This document shows, piece after piece, positions 1 through 63,933 of a stretch of 64,000 nucleotides of DNA; the first letter of the stretch is position 1; the number at the start of each line of letters is the position of its first letter. Made by a program: the position numbers and the translations under genes. This DNA comes from Eledone cirrhosa (lineage: Eukaryota). The notes below the pieces were generated by a model. That model saw only the letters and a program-made list of their open reading frames with translations, searched no databases and had not been told where the DNA came from. The DNA lies in NCBI GenBank assembly GCA_964016885.1, contig OZ024742.1, forward strand, positions 327,422,001-327,486,000. Direction: 5' to 3'.

Positions 1-595
1 TTTAGCTGATATAACTGCTATATCTAGGACACCTAAAACCACAAAGAGTTTCCCGCTATTTAGCTGCTACTTCTTCTAGAACACCCATGGACCATCGTAT
101 GGTTGCCCCTATTTAGCTGCTATTTCTAGCACAATAATGGATCACCATGAGTGCTATTTCTAGCACACCTTTGGACCAAGCATGAGGTTTACCCCATTTA
201 GCTACTATTTCTAGCACAGCTATGGACAATCATGGCGATCCCCATATTTAGCTGCTATTTCTAGTACATCTATGTATCACTTTGAGGTTCCCCTTTTTTA
301 GCTGCTATTTCTAGCACACCTATGGACCACCATGGGTTTCTTCTATTTAGCTGCTATTTCTAGCACACTTATGAACCCCCATGAGTTTCTTCTATTTAGC
401 TGCTATTTCTAGTACACCTATGGACCACCATGAGTTTCTTCTATCTAGCTGCTATTTCTAGTACACTTATGAACCACCATGAGTTTCTTCTATTTAGCTG
501 CTATTTCTAGCACAGCTATGGACCACCATGAGTTTATTCTATTTAGCGGCTATTTCTAGCACTCCTAAGGACCACCACGAAGTTCCCTCTATTTC
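1..595 (+). repeat. Tandem array of ~49-bp unit (tatttagctgctatttctagcacacctatggaccaccatga...), ~12 diverged copies
   Basis: Recurrence of gctatttctagc at ~49-bp spacing. Confidence 0.9.
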
Positions 596-788
596 AATAT
601 ATTTACAAACTTTTGAGGGCATCCCAATCAAATGCCTTACTGAGATCAACAAAAAAATGGAAGAGTTTCTGTTCAATACAGTATATATATATATATATAT
701 ATATATATCCTAGAAACGATCGTTAAATAATGAACTTTTTTTGTTTAATATAAGGAACTGTTTCATTGTTTTATTCATTATTTTTTTA

Positions 789-825
<37 letters not shown>

Positions 826-826
<1 letters not shown>

Positions 827-1160
827 CAAAGAGTATTTAATTTATTGGTTATTCAAATCTATTTATAACAGATTCGAAGCACTCTACAATTTTTCTTCTG
901 GAGTATAATATCAATAATATTAATTGTTTCTACTTTAGGCACAAGGCCAGCAATTACCCAGTGCATTACTGGTACTTTATTCAATAATATTAATAAATGG
1001 AAACTATCTTTATAAAACCATATTTATTTTATTATATATATTTCAAGGACACCAACATTTTTTTGGTATGCTCTCATCGGATAAAATACAAAAGTTGTTT
1101 TATAGATAATGACATAATCAAAAACAAGAACTTATCGTTTTAAGTTCTGTTCAAACTATA
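826..1160 (-). mobile_element. Short hammerhead-bearing element (Penelope pLTR/retrozyme-like), degenerate, interrupted by a SINE fragment with 14-bp TSD (911-924/981-994)
   Basis: Similar to 47436-47720 over the ribozyme and 3' part; core reads CCGATGA...GAAA-TATATA-TA. Confidence 0.65.
1025..1088 (-). ncRNA. Type I hammerhead-like fold, core mutated (CCGAUGA)
   Basis: Helix I tattttat/ataaaata, helix II gagcatacca/tggtgtcctt, GAAA-tatata-UA. Confidence 0.55.
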
Positions 1161-1164
1161 TATG

Positions 1165-1804
1165 CTAGAGTGCTAGAAATAGCAGCTAAACAGGGGGATG
1201 CTTATGGTGGTCAATATGTTTGATACAAACAGCTGCTAAATAGAGGTAACCTCATGGTTATCCATAGGTGTGCTAGAAATAGTAGCTAAATAGGGGACGC
1301 CTCGTGTTGATCCGCAGTTGTGCTAGAAATAGTAGCTAAATAGTTGGAACCTCATGGTGGTCTATAGGTGTGCTAGAAATAGCAACTAATCAGGGGAAAA
1401 CTCATGGTGGTCGATAGGTTCAATATATTTACTATTATGGACCACCATCAGGTTCCTTCTATTTAGCTGCTCTTTCTAGCACACCTATGGACCACCATCA
1501 TATCCCCCCTATTTAGCTGCAATTTCTAGCACAACAATAGAACATCATGAGGTTCCCAAAATTTAGCTGCAGTTTCTAGTACACCTATAGACAACCATGA
1601 GGTTCCCACTATTTAGCTGCTATTTCTAACAAACATATGGACCACTATAAGGTTATCCCTATTTAGCTTCTATTTCTAGCACGCTTATGGACCACCACAC
1701 CTATAGTACCTGCTATTTGGCTGATGTAGCGGCTAATTCTAACACGTCAATGGACAAACATGGGATTACCCTTATTTAGCTGCAATTTCTAGCAAAACAT
1801 GGAC

Positions 1805-1805
<1 letters not shown>
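1165..1805. repeat. Further copies of the 49-bp unit: inverted block 1165-1415, forward block 1435-1805
   Basis: gctagaaatagcagctaaa (reverse) then tttagctgc..tttctagc (forward). Confidence 0.85.
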
Positions 1806-1893
<88 letters not shown>

Positions 1894-1907
1894 CATGGAC
1901 CACTATA

Positions 1908-2987
<1,080 letters not shown>

Positions 2988-3060
2988 TTATTAAGGCTAA
3001 ATATATAAATATATAATGTATTGAACAGAAACTCTGTCTCTTTCATTATTTGCTGATCTC

Positions 3061-5328
3061 CGGTCTTTGGTGGACCACGACGGGTGCATGCTACTCGATC
3101 CTGGGCAAATGTGTGAAGCTTTTCAGCGACACTTCACTCAGCTGTTCGGGGGCAGCGGCGGGCCGGATCGAGGGATGGACTTTAGTGCCTACCTCGACGG
3201 ACTGCCGCGGCTCTCGGCCACTGGGGCGGAGTGTTGCGAAAAGCCGATAACAGCAGCTGAAGTAAGGGAGGCTATGACTGGCTGCAAAAGGGGTAAATCG
3301 CCTGGTTTGGATGGTCTGCCCTATGAACTTTATGTACAGATGTAGACTTGGCGGACGTCTACTGCAACTGGCAACAGAATGGGAGAATTCCCAGCTCTGT
3401 GAGCCGAGGAGCGGTGGCGCGGCTGAGAAAGGATCCGAACAGGGGGGATAACATACATAATTTCAGGCCCATAACTCTGCTAAACACAGAATTCAAGATT
3501 TTGGCCAAGGTGCTAGCAAAGAGGTTGGCGCTTGTCGTTGGTGGTCTGCTGGGAGAGGCGCAGACATGCGCCATTCCAGACAGATCCAGGATGTCCCCTC
3601 TCGTCCCTCTTGTATGTATTGACTCTCGAGCCATTGCTGCACAAATTGGAGACGTTGAGGGGGGGGGGGTCTCGCGCGAACTAGGATGCGGAAGATCCGT
3701 GTCAGCATATGCGGACGATGTCACCGTAGTGGTGTCGAACGCCAAACACATCGAGGCGATCGGCACTATACTAAGAGAATACGAAACGGTGACATGAGCA
3801 ATGATTAACCAGGAAAAGTTGGTGGGCCTGCAGCTCGGCATCTGGAGAGGCAGGTTCATACCGTTCAACAGCGTCGTCGGGCGCTGGACGGACGGACCGG
3901 TTAAATTGCTAGGGCTCTGGTTCGGTCCGGACCTCCAGACGTACAAAAACTGGGACGATGTGACGAGCAGGGTGGCTTCTCTCACCCAGAAATGGGCAGA
4001 GAGGAAGCTATCCCTGAAAGGTCGAGCGGAGGTGGCGAATGCGTACATCGCGTCCGTCATCTACTACCGCCTGACCGTCGTATCTTGTCCTAAGCCTCGC
4101 CTGACTGCGCTGGAGTGTTTGCTCTTTCGCTTTTTGTGAAAGGGACGCGCTCCGATGGTCAGGCGGTCCATCTGCTGTCAACACCCGCTACGTGGAGGGC
4201 TGGGCATGCCGTGGCTGATGATGCGCAGACACGCGCTTAGGCTACGACATCTCAACCTCTTCCTCGACGGTGATCAGGTGTGTTCGCCGTTTGCTAGACG
4301 CGTCTTTCCCCAGCTCGTCTCCTTGACGGAGCTGCAGTCCTGGGTCAAGCGAAGATCGAGAGGGAACGCTTAGAAACTGGAATGTCTTCAGGTGCTTACA
4401 GCCTTCGACCAGTCGGGAAATGTGATCGGTGGAAACTCCACCTTGGCGTTCTATAGAGGATTAATTGAGGGGAAGAGCGACGACGTACTTGGGGAAACTC
4501 TAGGCGTCGACAAAAATCAACTAGCCAATCTCTTCGGAAGAACATTTGGGCCGGGGCCTATGGACATTTTCCAGAAATCCCTGGCATGGCAGTGCTACCG
4601 AGGAGCTTTGCCAGTTCGAGATAAACTCTACAGGCACGGAAGTGCTGTCAGCCGGGCATGTCCGAGATGCGCGCAGGGCGACGAAACCGTCCTGCATGCA
4701 CTTGTCCAGTGTCCGAGTATTGCTGACTTGTGGGTTTATGTCGAGCACCTGCTGTCACGTGTAGGACGGATCCGGCTATCAGCTGAGTCCATCGTGAGGA
4801 TTGCCCCGCCCTCGTCCTTTAGTTGTGAAGGGCAGGCAGTTTTTATCTGTCTGGTGGCCATGGCGAAAGAGATAGTATGGTGGACGCGCCTGAAAAGGCT
4901 GAAGACGAGCACTTACCTCTTCGGTGATGCCCTGATTAACTTTTTCAAATTTAATTTGAAAAGGAAAATCAGGGTAGAGAGGGAAGTGCTCTCTTCCCAG
5001 CATTTTGTTGAAAGATGGGTGAGAGGCAAGAATGGACCGTGTGAATAGGTATACTCTGAGTATGTGCCTGTAAAGTGAAGGTGGAAAACTGGGAGAGAGC
5101 ACTTGCCCTGGTGGTCAGGGTCACCGTGGCTTTTTTTTAATGGGCTTTCTCCACGATGGCCCTCGGAAATCTCCCCCCTATTGGGGAATTTTTCATTGTT
5201 CCTTTTTTGTTACATCCTCTGTTTTTGTTTTTTTTACACGCAGAAATGCCCATTTGTACAGTCCTGTATTGTCCTGTACTGTCCTTAATGTCTTACTTTG
5301 TATAAACCCTTGTGGTTAATAAAGAAAG
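3061..5328 (+). mobile_element. 5'-truncated Tx1/L1-clade non-LTR retrotransposon ORF2 remnant (RT plus C-terminal zinc finger), disrupted
   Basis: KSPGLDGLPYELY, NFRPITLLNTEFKILAK, SAYADDVT, CPRC..DETVLHALVQC; stops and frameshifts; AATAAA tail; 17-bp TSD cattatttgctgatctc at 3044-3060 and 5329-5345. Confidence 0.92.
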
Positions 5329-5345
5329 CATTATTTGCTGATCTC

Positions 5346-5592
5346 AGTAAGCCATTTGAATGTTTTATGGCTGGTTTTGCCTAAATTGGGATGACCTTAA
5401 AAGTTTGTAAATATATTGAAATAGAGGGAACTTCGTGATGGTCCATAGAAGTGCTAGAAATAGCAGCTAAATAGTGGGGGAAATTATAGTGGTCTATATG
5501 TGTGCTAGAAATAGCAACTACATCAGCTAAAGACGAGGAACTTATTGGTGTCCATAGGAGTACGAGAAATAACAGCAAAATAGGCAGAACCA
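5346..5592 (-). repeat. Inverted copy of the satellite terminus (matches 528-680) plus 49-bp units
   Basis: Reverse complement of gaagttccctctatttcaatatatttacaaacttt seen at ~580-612. Confidence 0.8.
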
Positions 5593-5879
5593 TTTTTATT
5601 TTTTATTATTTATTTATTTATTTATTCTTGTCTGTTTGTGCCTGTATTTATGTGTTTCCTCTTTGATGTGTGTTCGTATCTAAGTGTGTGTTTGTATTTT
5701 ATATTTGCTCACTAGTCTGTGTTTATGTGTGGTTGTTGTTATTACCTGTGTATATTTATTTATTTATATTTATCTTAGGTCAGTATTATGTTTTTGTGTA
5801 TGGTTGTTGTTGTTGTTATTCCATTCATTGTTTCTGTTCAACTTCGGTTTTCTTAGTTCTATTTCAGTTACTTCTCTGA

Positions 5880-6352
5880 CTTGTCTGTTGAGTCATTTCT
5901 ATGTTTAGATATTATTTTAATTTCTATGTTGTCTATATTACCATCATGTCTTCGCCTGGTGTGTTCATATAGTACTGAACGTCTTTTTATCCTATTAGTT
6001 CACCCCAGTGTTGGTCTATTCTCTCCCCTATGCTTCAAGCTGTCTCACCTATGTATGTCGTTGTCATGTTTCTGCAAGTACCCTCTGTACATCTTATGCT
6101 ATAGACTACATTTCTAGTTTTACAATTTATTTGTAGATTTATTCTACATATAACACATTTCTTATTAGTACAGTGGGTTTTCTTAAAGGGGTAAGTTTTG
6201 CTGATCAGGGATTTTATGGTAGTTCCTGGCTTTTCTACCACTTTAATCTTTAGGTGCATCTTTTTTAGGGCCTTTCTAAATTGGTTAGCTAATTTCCCTC
6301 CATGGGATGCATCCACAAACATGACACTCTAGTATCTCTGGTTGTCGTACCA
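5880..6352 (-). mobile_element. Penelope-like element fragment, GIY-YIG endonuclease region
   Basis: CxxxxCxxC...CKTRNVVYSIRC..C...YIGET motif followed by an in-frame stop. Confidence 0.8.
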
Positions 6353-6949
6353 TGAAGTATATATATAAGTGATTGTATGTATGCATTTATACGTATCTGT
6401 ACAATGTGACTGACTGAAAGTATTTAAATATGTACCAAATGCACTGAATAGTGAAGGACTTAAGTAGATGAATTTTGTTACTATGGTGACCTAATTAGTG
6501 TGAATGATGTAGCCAGCAATAGTTGGCAATCTGTACTGCAAAGTATGTGGAGCTAATTAAAGAACATACAACTGTCGTGGGTGAAATATTTTGGCCTCTC
6601 TTTACAAAGAATAGTCTGTGTTTAACATGTGCCTTTAAAGCCATCAGTGGGAGACTTGAATGATTTTAGTACTGTAAGTTATATATCATCTATTACATGC
6701 TGGATATGGAATTTGATGATTGTCGTATCAAGGCTAGTATGTATGGAAGGAAATGTGAAGTTAGTGGGTGTACTGAGGAAGTCTATTAAGTCAAACATAT
6801 CTGGAAGTGTTTCCCACACTTTCTGAAAGTATGAAGGTATATCAGGAATTCCATCATCGAAGATTCATTTTAGCTATTCACAAAACGCACAAAACCTGTT
6901 CTTATGATTTATTTTTGATTACTTTTGGTCACTCACATGCTTGGAGTAC

Positions 6950-7160
6950 TTTGCTTTTCTTGGCAGGCCCCATACCAGATGGCTGTATGTTATCAGGGAA
7001 AATCTCTGGAGAGTCAACATCACCTTAGAGGATGCAGAAGAGCTGACATGCAACTACCAGCAATGGAGGGCACTGGTGGATCTGGTCAGCTCTACACATG
7101 ATAATGCTTCTGGGATCGTGGGCTTAGGATGACCCCCGGCCTCATTGAGCAAGAAGAAGA
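6950..7160 (+). mobile_element. RTE-type LINE 3' end fragment
   Basis: GRPHTRW...WRALV C-terminal motif, short (AAG)n tail. Confidence 0.55.
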
Positions 7161-9143
7161 TTTACATCAAATGAAATGAGTACCTTAAAATACTTGGAAA
7201 CCATTTAATGTCATATAAGTATTAAAGATTTAAATAGATATTTACAATTACACACATCTTGTGGCAGCATCCTCACTCATTATAGGAAAAACAAATTTCA
7301 CCTCCAAAGTGAAACTGATGTAATATTCATCTCCAAAGTGAAACCAGTGTAATATTCACCTTCAAACCCAGGATCTCTGTGGGTACCCTCAAACCCATTT
7401 TGTACTAAAATCTGAATAATTTCCAATGGTTTTGAAGGCTAGATTCATTCAAAACAACAAAATCATTGGAAAAACACAAATTTCACCTCTAACATGAGAC
7501 AGGTGTAATTGTAAAACATTATCAAACTTTATATAGTGAACTTGGTGCACATATATTGTACAATAGCAAAAGAATCGCTTTAGATATTTTAGCATCCTAT
7601 TTATGTAAAATTTGGTGAAAATCGGCAAAATATTGAAATCAAATATAACTCCACCTCATTTTATTTGATTTTTCTTTTCACCTATTTCTCAGCTTATATA
7701 TGAGTATATATGGTAACTTAAAGGTTCTTACAAAAAATTACAATGAAAAGTTTAAATTCAAACATAAACACATTAAAATAAATGTTGTTTTTTTTCATGC
7801 AACCAGATGTCGTTTCAAGTGGCTTGGAATCAAGGGGTTACATAATAATAATATTACATATATATTCTGTTTGTATGTGTTGTAGCTGTCTCAGGTGTTA
7901 GTGACTGCTCAGTTGATCATGACTCACACAGGCGTATAATGTAACTATTATTTTTCAGACTTTTGTATAGCCTAGGGGCTTGGATGCTGGGCTTAAGATC
8001 ATAAGGTTATAATTTCAATATTTTGAGCAAGATACATTACTTCTTATTCACTCAGGGGAAAAAACTCCAATAACAGCAGCTGAGAATTAACCCTTCAATA
8101 GCTTAGCATCCTGTCCAGGGGTGTGCAGTGAGTCTTTTATTCTTTGTCCCTTAACGCCAATGAAATCTAGATAAGCTTTGACAGAGTAAGCATCTGGGGC
8201 TTGGGACAGACTTGGACATTTTACTTCATCAAACACCTGTCAATTCTTTATCATTGATCTGAAAGAAAAACCTTTTCAATCCAGTACACCAAGTTACTAT
8301 TATCAGTGATTACAGAGTTAGCCATAGTATTTACCAGGGAAATCATTACTAATTAAGAATATGAAATTACACATGTGGTAAGAATGTCTCAGGAAAGAAT
8401 CACTGGACAGATTTTGCAGGCATAACCAACCAGGGGTACACCCCGAGAAAGATGGTTGGATAACATCTATGAGCATGGCTGATCTTGTTTGGAGATCCAG
8501 CCAAATCAACTGTCTGCCTAGTCATACTAATTGCTCTGACAGTCAGTGTTGAATCATATAGGGTGCAGTGTGACAGTTTAATGATGTTGTGTGTTTAACT
8601 TTACATGATTGTAAAGTTATGAGTTGAGCTCAGTTTGTTATCAAGATGGCCCTTTAAATCCTGGGTCATTATGCAAGAAAATAACCTAGCTCAAATATTC
8701 CTTGTTATAATTAATGTTCTAGGTCAAATTATTTTCATTGGTAATATCGAATCTGATATTCAAGTCAAAATTTCTGGAAATTTCCCAAACTAGAAATATT
8801 TCTGTATCTTCACTAAATTGTTATACCTCATTTGTGGCTGTGTCTATTTTGATTGTTACCTTCCTGATTATATGGAATATGCTGATAATTAAAGTATGAT
8901 GACAGGCTGCGATTCTTTATCTGATTCTTTTGACCCTAACATTAGAAAAGGATCACAAATCAACAACCCATTTTGGGGGACATTAAAAGAAAAAAAAAAA
9001 AAAGAAGACAGAGCTCTACTGTGGTGTTCATTTATGAAGAAACCAATTAATGATTCAGAAAGGGAAGTAACTCACTTGGTAAACTAAAGAAATTAACAGT
9101 GTTGTAGTTTGCTTGAAGCATTCTGGAATAAGAAATTCAAATT

Positions 9144-9413
9144 TAACTAGGAAATAAGTTTAATTATTTGGAAGCTAGACAAAGCGCGTAAGATTATGAG
9201 TGCCAAGGTAATAGAAATTAGAGAAAATAGGACAAAAGAATTGAGAAAAAAATGAGAACCGTAGAATTTTACCTTAGCAATTTTAATGCTCATTAAAATT
9301 GCTATGGTAAAATTCTACCGTTCTCACTCTTTTCTCGAATTCTTATTACCTTGGCTCTTATAATCTCACATGCATTGTTGGGCTTCCAAATAATTAAATT
9401 TATTTCCTAGTTA
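9144..9413. mobile_element. Fold-back/MITE-like palindrome (~270 bp)
   Basis: taactaggaaataagtttaattatttggaagc ... gcttccaaataattaaatttatttcctagtta; arms pair up to the centre. Confidence 0.7.
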
Positions 9414-9791
9414 TAAAGAAATTAAAACTATCACAAAGTATGTTTGTACCTACTTTCTTCCTTGATCCATCTGAAAAATGTACCAAAGGTTATAACAGGT
9501 ATAGTTTGACTTTATAGTAATCTCAATCTAATTCAACTCTATAACCATCTTGTACATATGTATTAAACGATGTATATCTCTGCAAGGTGGCTGATGCTAG
9601 GAAAGGCATCCAGCCATAAAAACCATGCAAAATATAGCATGTATAAGGAAATTGAGGTTGTTCTGACCTGTCTGATCTTGGATTGTGGTAAATGATTCAA
9701 TCCATGCAAGCATATCATCATAAAATGATGATGATATCTATCCACTACATACATATACATTAAGCTGCAGAAATGAAAGAAAGGGTACTCA

Positions 9792-10047
9792 ATCATCATC
9801 ATCATCATCTTCGTTTAATGTCCATCTTCCACGCTAGCATGGGTTAGACGGCAGTTGTCCCACTTGAGGCAAGGTTGGTCGGGTGACCGTGTCTCGCTCA
9901 TATAGGACTATCTGGCAGGTTTTCTACGGCTGAATGCCCTTCCTAATACCAACCACATTTACAGTGTGGAACTGGGAACTTTTTACCGTGTTACCTACAC
10001 GGCCATATTACAGCGTGGCCTGTGTTTGTTTTGTCGTGACACCTACA
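9792..10047 (-). mobile_element. RTE 3'UTR fragment / RTE-tailed SINE with (GAT)n tail
   Basis: Reverse complement of the RTE 3'UTR at 53930-54185. Confidence 0.8.
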
Positions 10048-11404
10048 CATGCAGTAAAGTTTATCTTTTCGAAGCTGATGATTCGACAATTGAGTCTCAG
10101 TTAGGAATGTTTTTAATAACTAGCTGAACATTGTATATCAAATAATACTTGAGCAAGGAATGGAAAAATCATCTGGTAAAATTGTCTTCATAGTTTAAAT
10201 ATTTCCAAAATGTTGCTGGGCCCTTTTTAGTACAAAATTATTTTCTTCATACATTTATCACAAAATCTTCAATAAGGATTGTATTGAAGCATCTACAGAT
10301 AGTCAGTAATATGATACAGTAATAGCTGATACCTTAACATAAAAAAGATAATCTACACTATTTACAAGTCCCCTTCATAGAATCAGGTAACTAGAATATG
10401 AGTCGATATTAACAGTACTGAAACAAAGAGGCATCGACTATATATCAACATCATTTAACATTCATTTTCTCTGGGTCATCACAGACTAAGTCAGTAATTA
10501 GTTCATTGACTTGCTACCAATTTTTCTTTGGCAATGGATTGATGTATTTATGTATGTATATATGGATGTTAAGAATCAATCTTGTAACAACTTTCCTCTC
10601 AGATCTTCTAATACCATTGCACCTGTATAATTGTACAAACATGTACAATGTGGATACTTTTGTCTAGACGATATCTTACCCTTGAATTTATATATATATT
10701 TACATATTTCACACACATTACACTCCATAAACAAATCTTTCACCTGAAAATTTCAAGTTTTACTAGAAATAACAAATGTTAAAGAGAAAATTATAAGCTA
10801 CTTTTAACATTTTAGTTTTAGTCTTTTAAATGTTTGATAGGATAGTCTTTTTTTCCTTCCCTTTCACAGTTTTGTTAAGTTTTGTCCTTTGAATTTTATT
10901 TTTCTGAGTATTTTCCCTTCATGTTTCACTGAGAAATATCCTCTCATTGCTATAAAATATGTCAGTTTTTTTAAATTCCAGTAGAATTTAAAAAAATATT
11001 TTTGTTATATGTTATGTCAAGTATATGACTTATACTTGGCAGTCATTTTATGATGTCAGTTTGGTGATGGTGGTGGTGTTATTGTTCTTTTTATAATCCA
11101 GGTGAATCTGTATTCAACAGCTCTATGATGAAAGGCAGTTCAACTGTGACCATCCTGTCTTTTTGGGGTATGTAGAGAAATTATATTATCCAATGCGTCA
11201 TTTCTTTATTTAAGAAATTTATAATTTGAAAGAAGATTTGTATTGTTATTTGTAGCCAGTCAAGCGACCATCTAGAGGCTTCCTTGTGATCACTATTTCA
11301 GCATTTCAGTGTGTTGGTGATATCCTGGTAAACAAAAATGGCTGACGTGGAGTTATTCAATAGATATTTATAATCTATAGGGTCATAGTCTTTATAGTCT
11401 CTTA

Positions 11405-12050
11405 TTAGACATAAGACTTAGTTAAGGCAATTTGTCTAAGACTAAGCAACTGTTGCTGAAGACTTAGGACTTTATTGTTAAGGCAGTTTGTCTATATTTG
11501 TAAGATCAAGACTTTATTAAGACAGTTTGTCTATATTTGTAAGACTAAGACTGTATTGGTAAGGCAGTTTGCTTATATTTGAAAGACCAAGACTTTATTG
11601 TTAAGGCAGTTTGTCTATATTTGTAAGATCAAGACTTTATTAAGACAGTTTGTCTATATTTGTAAGACCAATACTGGATTGGTAAGGCTGTTTATCTATA
11701 CTTGTAAGACCAAGACTGTGTTAGTAATGCAGTCTATATTTGTAAGACTCTGTTGTTAAGGCGGATTGTCTATATTTGTAAGGCTGGGACTCTGTTGTTA
11801 AGGCAGTTGATTTATATTTGCAAGATACAGGTCTCTATTGCTGAAGACATAAAACTTGTTAAAGGAGTTTGGTTATGTTTGTAATATCAATTTTTTGTTG
11901 TTAAGGCAGTAGTTGGTCAATATTTGTAATACCAAGTCACAGTTGGTCTGTTGCTGAAGACATAAGACTATTGTTAAAGCTTGTCTATTTTTGTAAACCC
12001 AAGACTCTGTTGTTAAAGCAGTTGGTCTGTTTGTAATACCAAGTCACTAT
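11405..12050. repeat. Degenerate ~40-bp tandem repeat (ttaaggcagtttgtctatatttgtaagaccaagact...), probably within the MYRF 3'UTR
   Basis: About 14 recurrences of tatatttgtaagac/ttaaggcag. Confidence 0.75.
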
Positions 12051-13544
12051 TCATACATTTTGGCAAGTAATACATTAAGATGTAAGTAAGTCATTACTTT
12101 TGTGGGTCTAAATTGATAAAATTTATAGACATTTTATAGGACAGTGTTGATCATTGATTTGTATTGCTGGTTTATATTGTATTGATCAGTGCAGCATTGA
12201 TAGAACAGTGGTCACCAGTGGCTTGCATTGTTAAAACAGAAACCAATGGGGGTTTATATTGATCAGCATTGACAAACAGAAAGATCTATGTTGATTTATA
12301 TTAAGACATAAATCTGAATTCATGTTCTCTGTGTATATTTGGTTGAGAATAGGTGTACTATATCCTTATATGTTATAAAGGACCCTATGGTGAGTATAAA
12401 GTCTATCATGGGGTTTGCATAGCTATACCCTCTCTAACAGCGGAAAATGGCATCAAAACACTTATGCTGTGTAGATGTGTTTCATTTATATTGTTCAGAC
12501 AGTAAGACATAGGTCTGATTCATTGTGTGTATTGATACATCACAGTTGTGAGGTAAGTCTATACCAGTAAGACATAAATTGTTATTAGTGTTCTGTATTG
12601 ACAATATAGTAGTTTGTATTACATATCTTTATCTTTTTATATTGTAAGTCATGACCATGTATTGCACAAACTGTACAAAAGACAAGGATCTATATTGATC
12701 TATGTTAGTAAGGCAGAAAATTGTACTTTGTAGGATAAAGATACTATTGAACCAAGTCATCAACACATACAGCAGGTCAATTTTATGGTGTGTATTGTGT
12801 GTATGATATCTGTAAAACTATAGCTGGTGTATGTAAAGCTCTCAAATGTGTAAACATATCATATATATTATCACTAAGCCTTTAAATAGTTTGTATGCCT
12901 GTAAGTATTAACTAGTGTGAGTGTGTGTGAGTGTAGGCAATAACTATATGGTTTATACTAAGTATCAGAAATATATTATAGAATTTATTATTTTAAAGCT
13001 GGTATTATATATATATATTCATTTAATAATATCTATCAGTTTTGTTGTTTTAGTGGCTGCTACTGTTGTTGTTTTGTTGCTGCTGTTGTTGATACAGTGT
13101 TGTTGCTGTTGTTGTTGTCATAATTGCTGTCATTGCCATCATTATTTTTTGAGATTATCAAAACATGTTTGTGTGTGTGTATTATATTTGTTATGTGCTG
13201 GGATGAATAAATGAATAAGAATTGAATGACAAAAATTATGGAAGAATAATGAAGAATGCAATGCTCCAGCATGGCAAGAATCAAGTGAAGATCTAAAGTA
13301 ACATGTTCAGAAACCAGCAGGGCACATTGAAAAGTTGTTAGGGCTCAAAGGAAGTTTGCTTGAGTAGAAATCCCTAATGTTGTTTTTTATGTTGCAATAC
13401 CCACTGCAATTCATGGGAACATAATTATTTCTCTTCTATGTTGGCCATGTTGATGAAATCTACCTCAAGAGATATCTTGAAGATTTCTACTTTTCCAGTT
13501 TTGGTTTCATTCAAATAAAAAATGTCTCTTGAAATATATTTGTC

Positions 13545-63052
<49,508 letters not shown>

Positions 63053-63184
63053 CTGAAGAATAAAACAATTATTAAACCATTAAAAAATTACCATATTTTA
63101 TGGTATGTAGAATGCACAATTTTACTAAAAAAACTTTGATGTCAAAATTTGCCTGAGTTCTATACATCTTTGCCAACTTATTCC

Positions 63185-63420
63185 TGAGAGAGTCGTATGA
63201 GCAGAATCCACAAACACTCCTTCCAGTGGGTCCTGTCAGAAGCAACAGTCTCCAACTGATCTGGCTGGATCCCCAAGCGAGACCAGCCAAGCTCCTAGAT
63301 TTTATCCAACCATCTTACTCAGGGTCTACCCCTGTGTCTCCAGCCGGTTGGTTTTGCCTGTAAAATCTATCCAGCGATGATTCTTTCCTGAGACATGTTG
63401 TTCAGAGAAGAAGCAGCTCT
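63185..63420 (-). mobile_element. Old RTE-like LINE 3' fragment (related piece at 8340-8520, + strand)
   Basis: LQAKPTG.R.RGRP..RWLD remnant. Confidence 0.5.
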
Positions 63421-63748
63421 ACCTGAAATGATTCTCTGATCTCTGAGCTACACACTATTGAGTAACGTTACTCCAAAGACCCTTCACATAATAATGGTTA
63501 TTTTATACACTGGTACATCTTCTAATCTGAAATATACTGTAAATAGATTAGAGTTCTATGAAATGTGAAACAGTTCCAGTTCGTTATCTTCTGAATTCAA
63601 ATCCTGCTGAGGTCAAATCTACATTTCATCCTCTCATGGTCGATAAAATGAAGTACCAGTTAAATTCTGGAAGTGATATATTCTACTTTCCCTTTCTGAC
63701 AAATTGCCAACCTTGTGCCTAAATTGGAAATAATTATTTACCTGTCTC

Positions 63749-63817
<69 letters not shown>

Positions 63818-63888
63818 TTAACTCATTCTATCTCAGTCGCTTACACATTCTCTTTATATATATATATATATAAATTTCATATATATAT

Positions 63889-63933
<45 letters not shown>

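Noticed and set aside
1-1805. Conserved ~20-bp motif with variable intervening sequence, resembling CRISPR repeat-spacer units
   Set aside because: The intervening sequences are homologous to one another, so this is a diverged tandem repeat
3359-4060. 233-aa minus-strand ORF
   Set aside because: Antisense shadow of the GC-rich Tx1-like RT
10074-10100. CTGATGA followed by a weak hairpin (also at 23960)
   Set aside because: No correctly placed GAAA, UH or helix I, so not called a hammerhead
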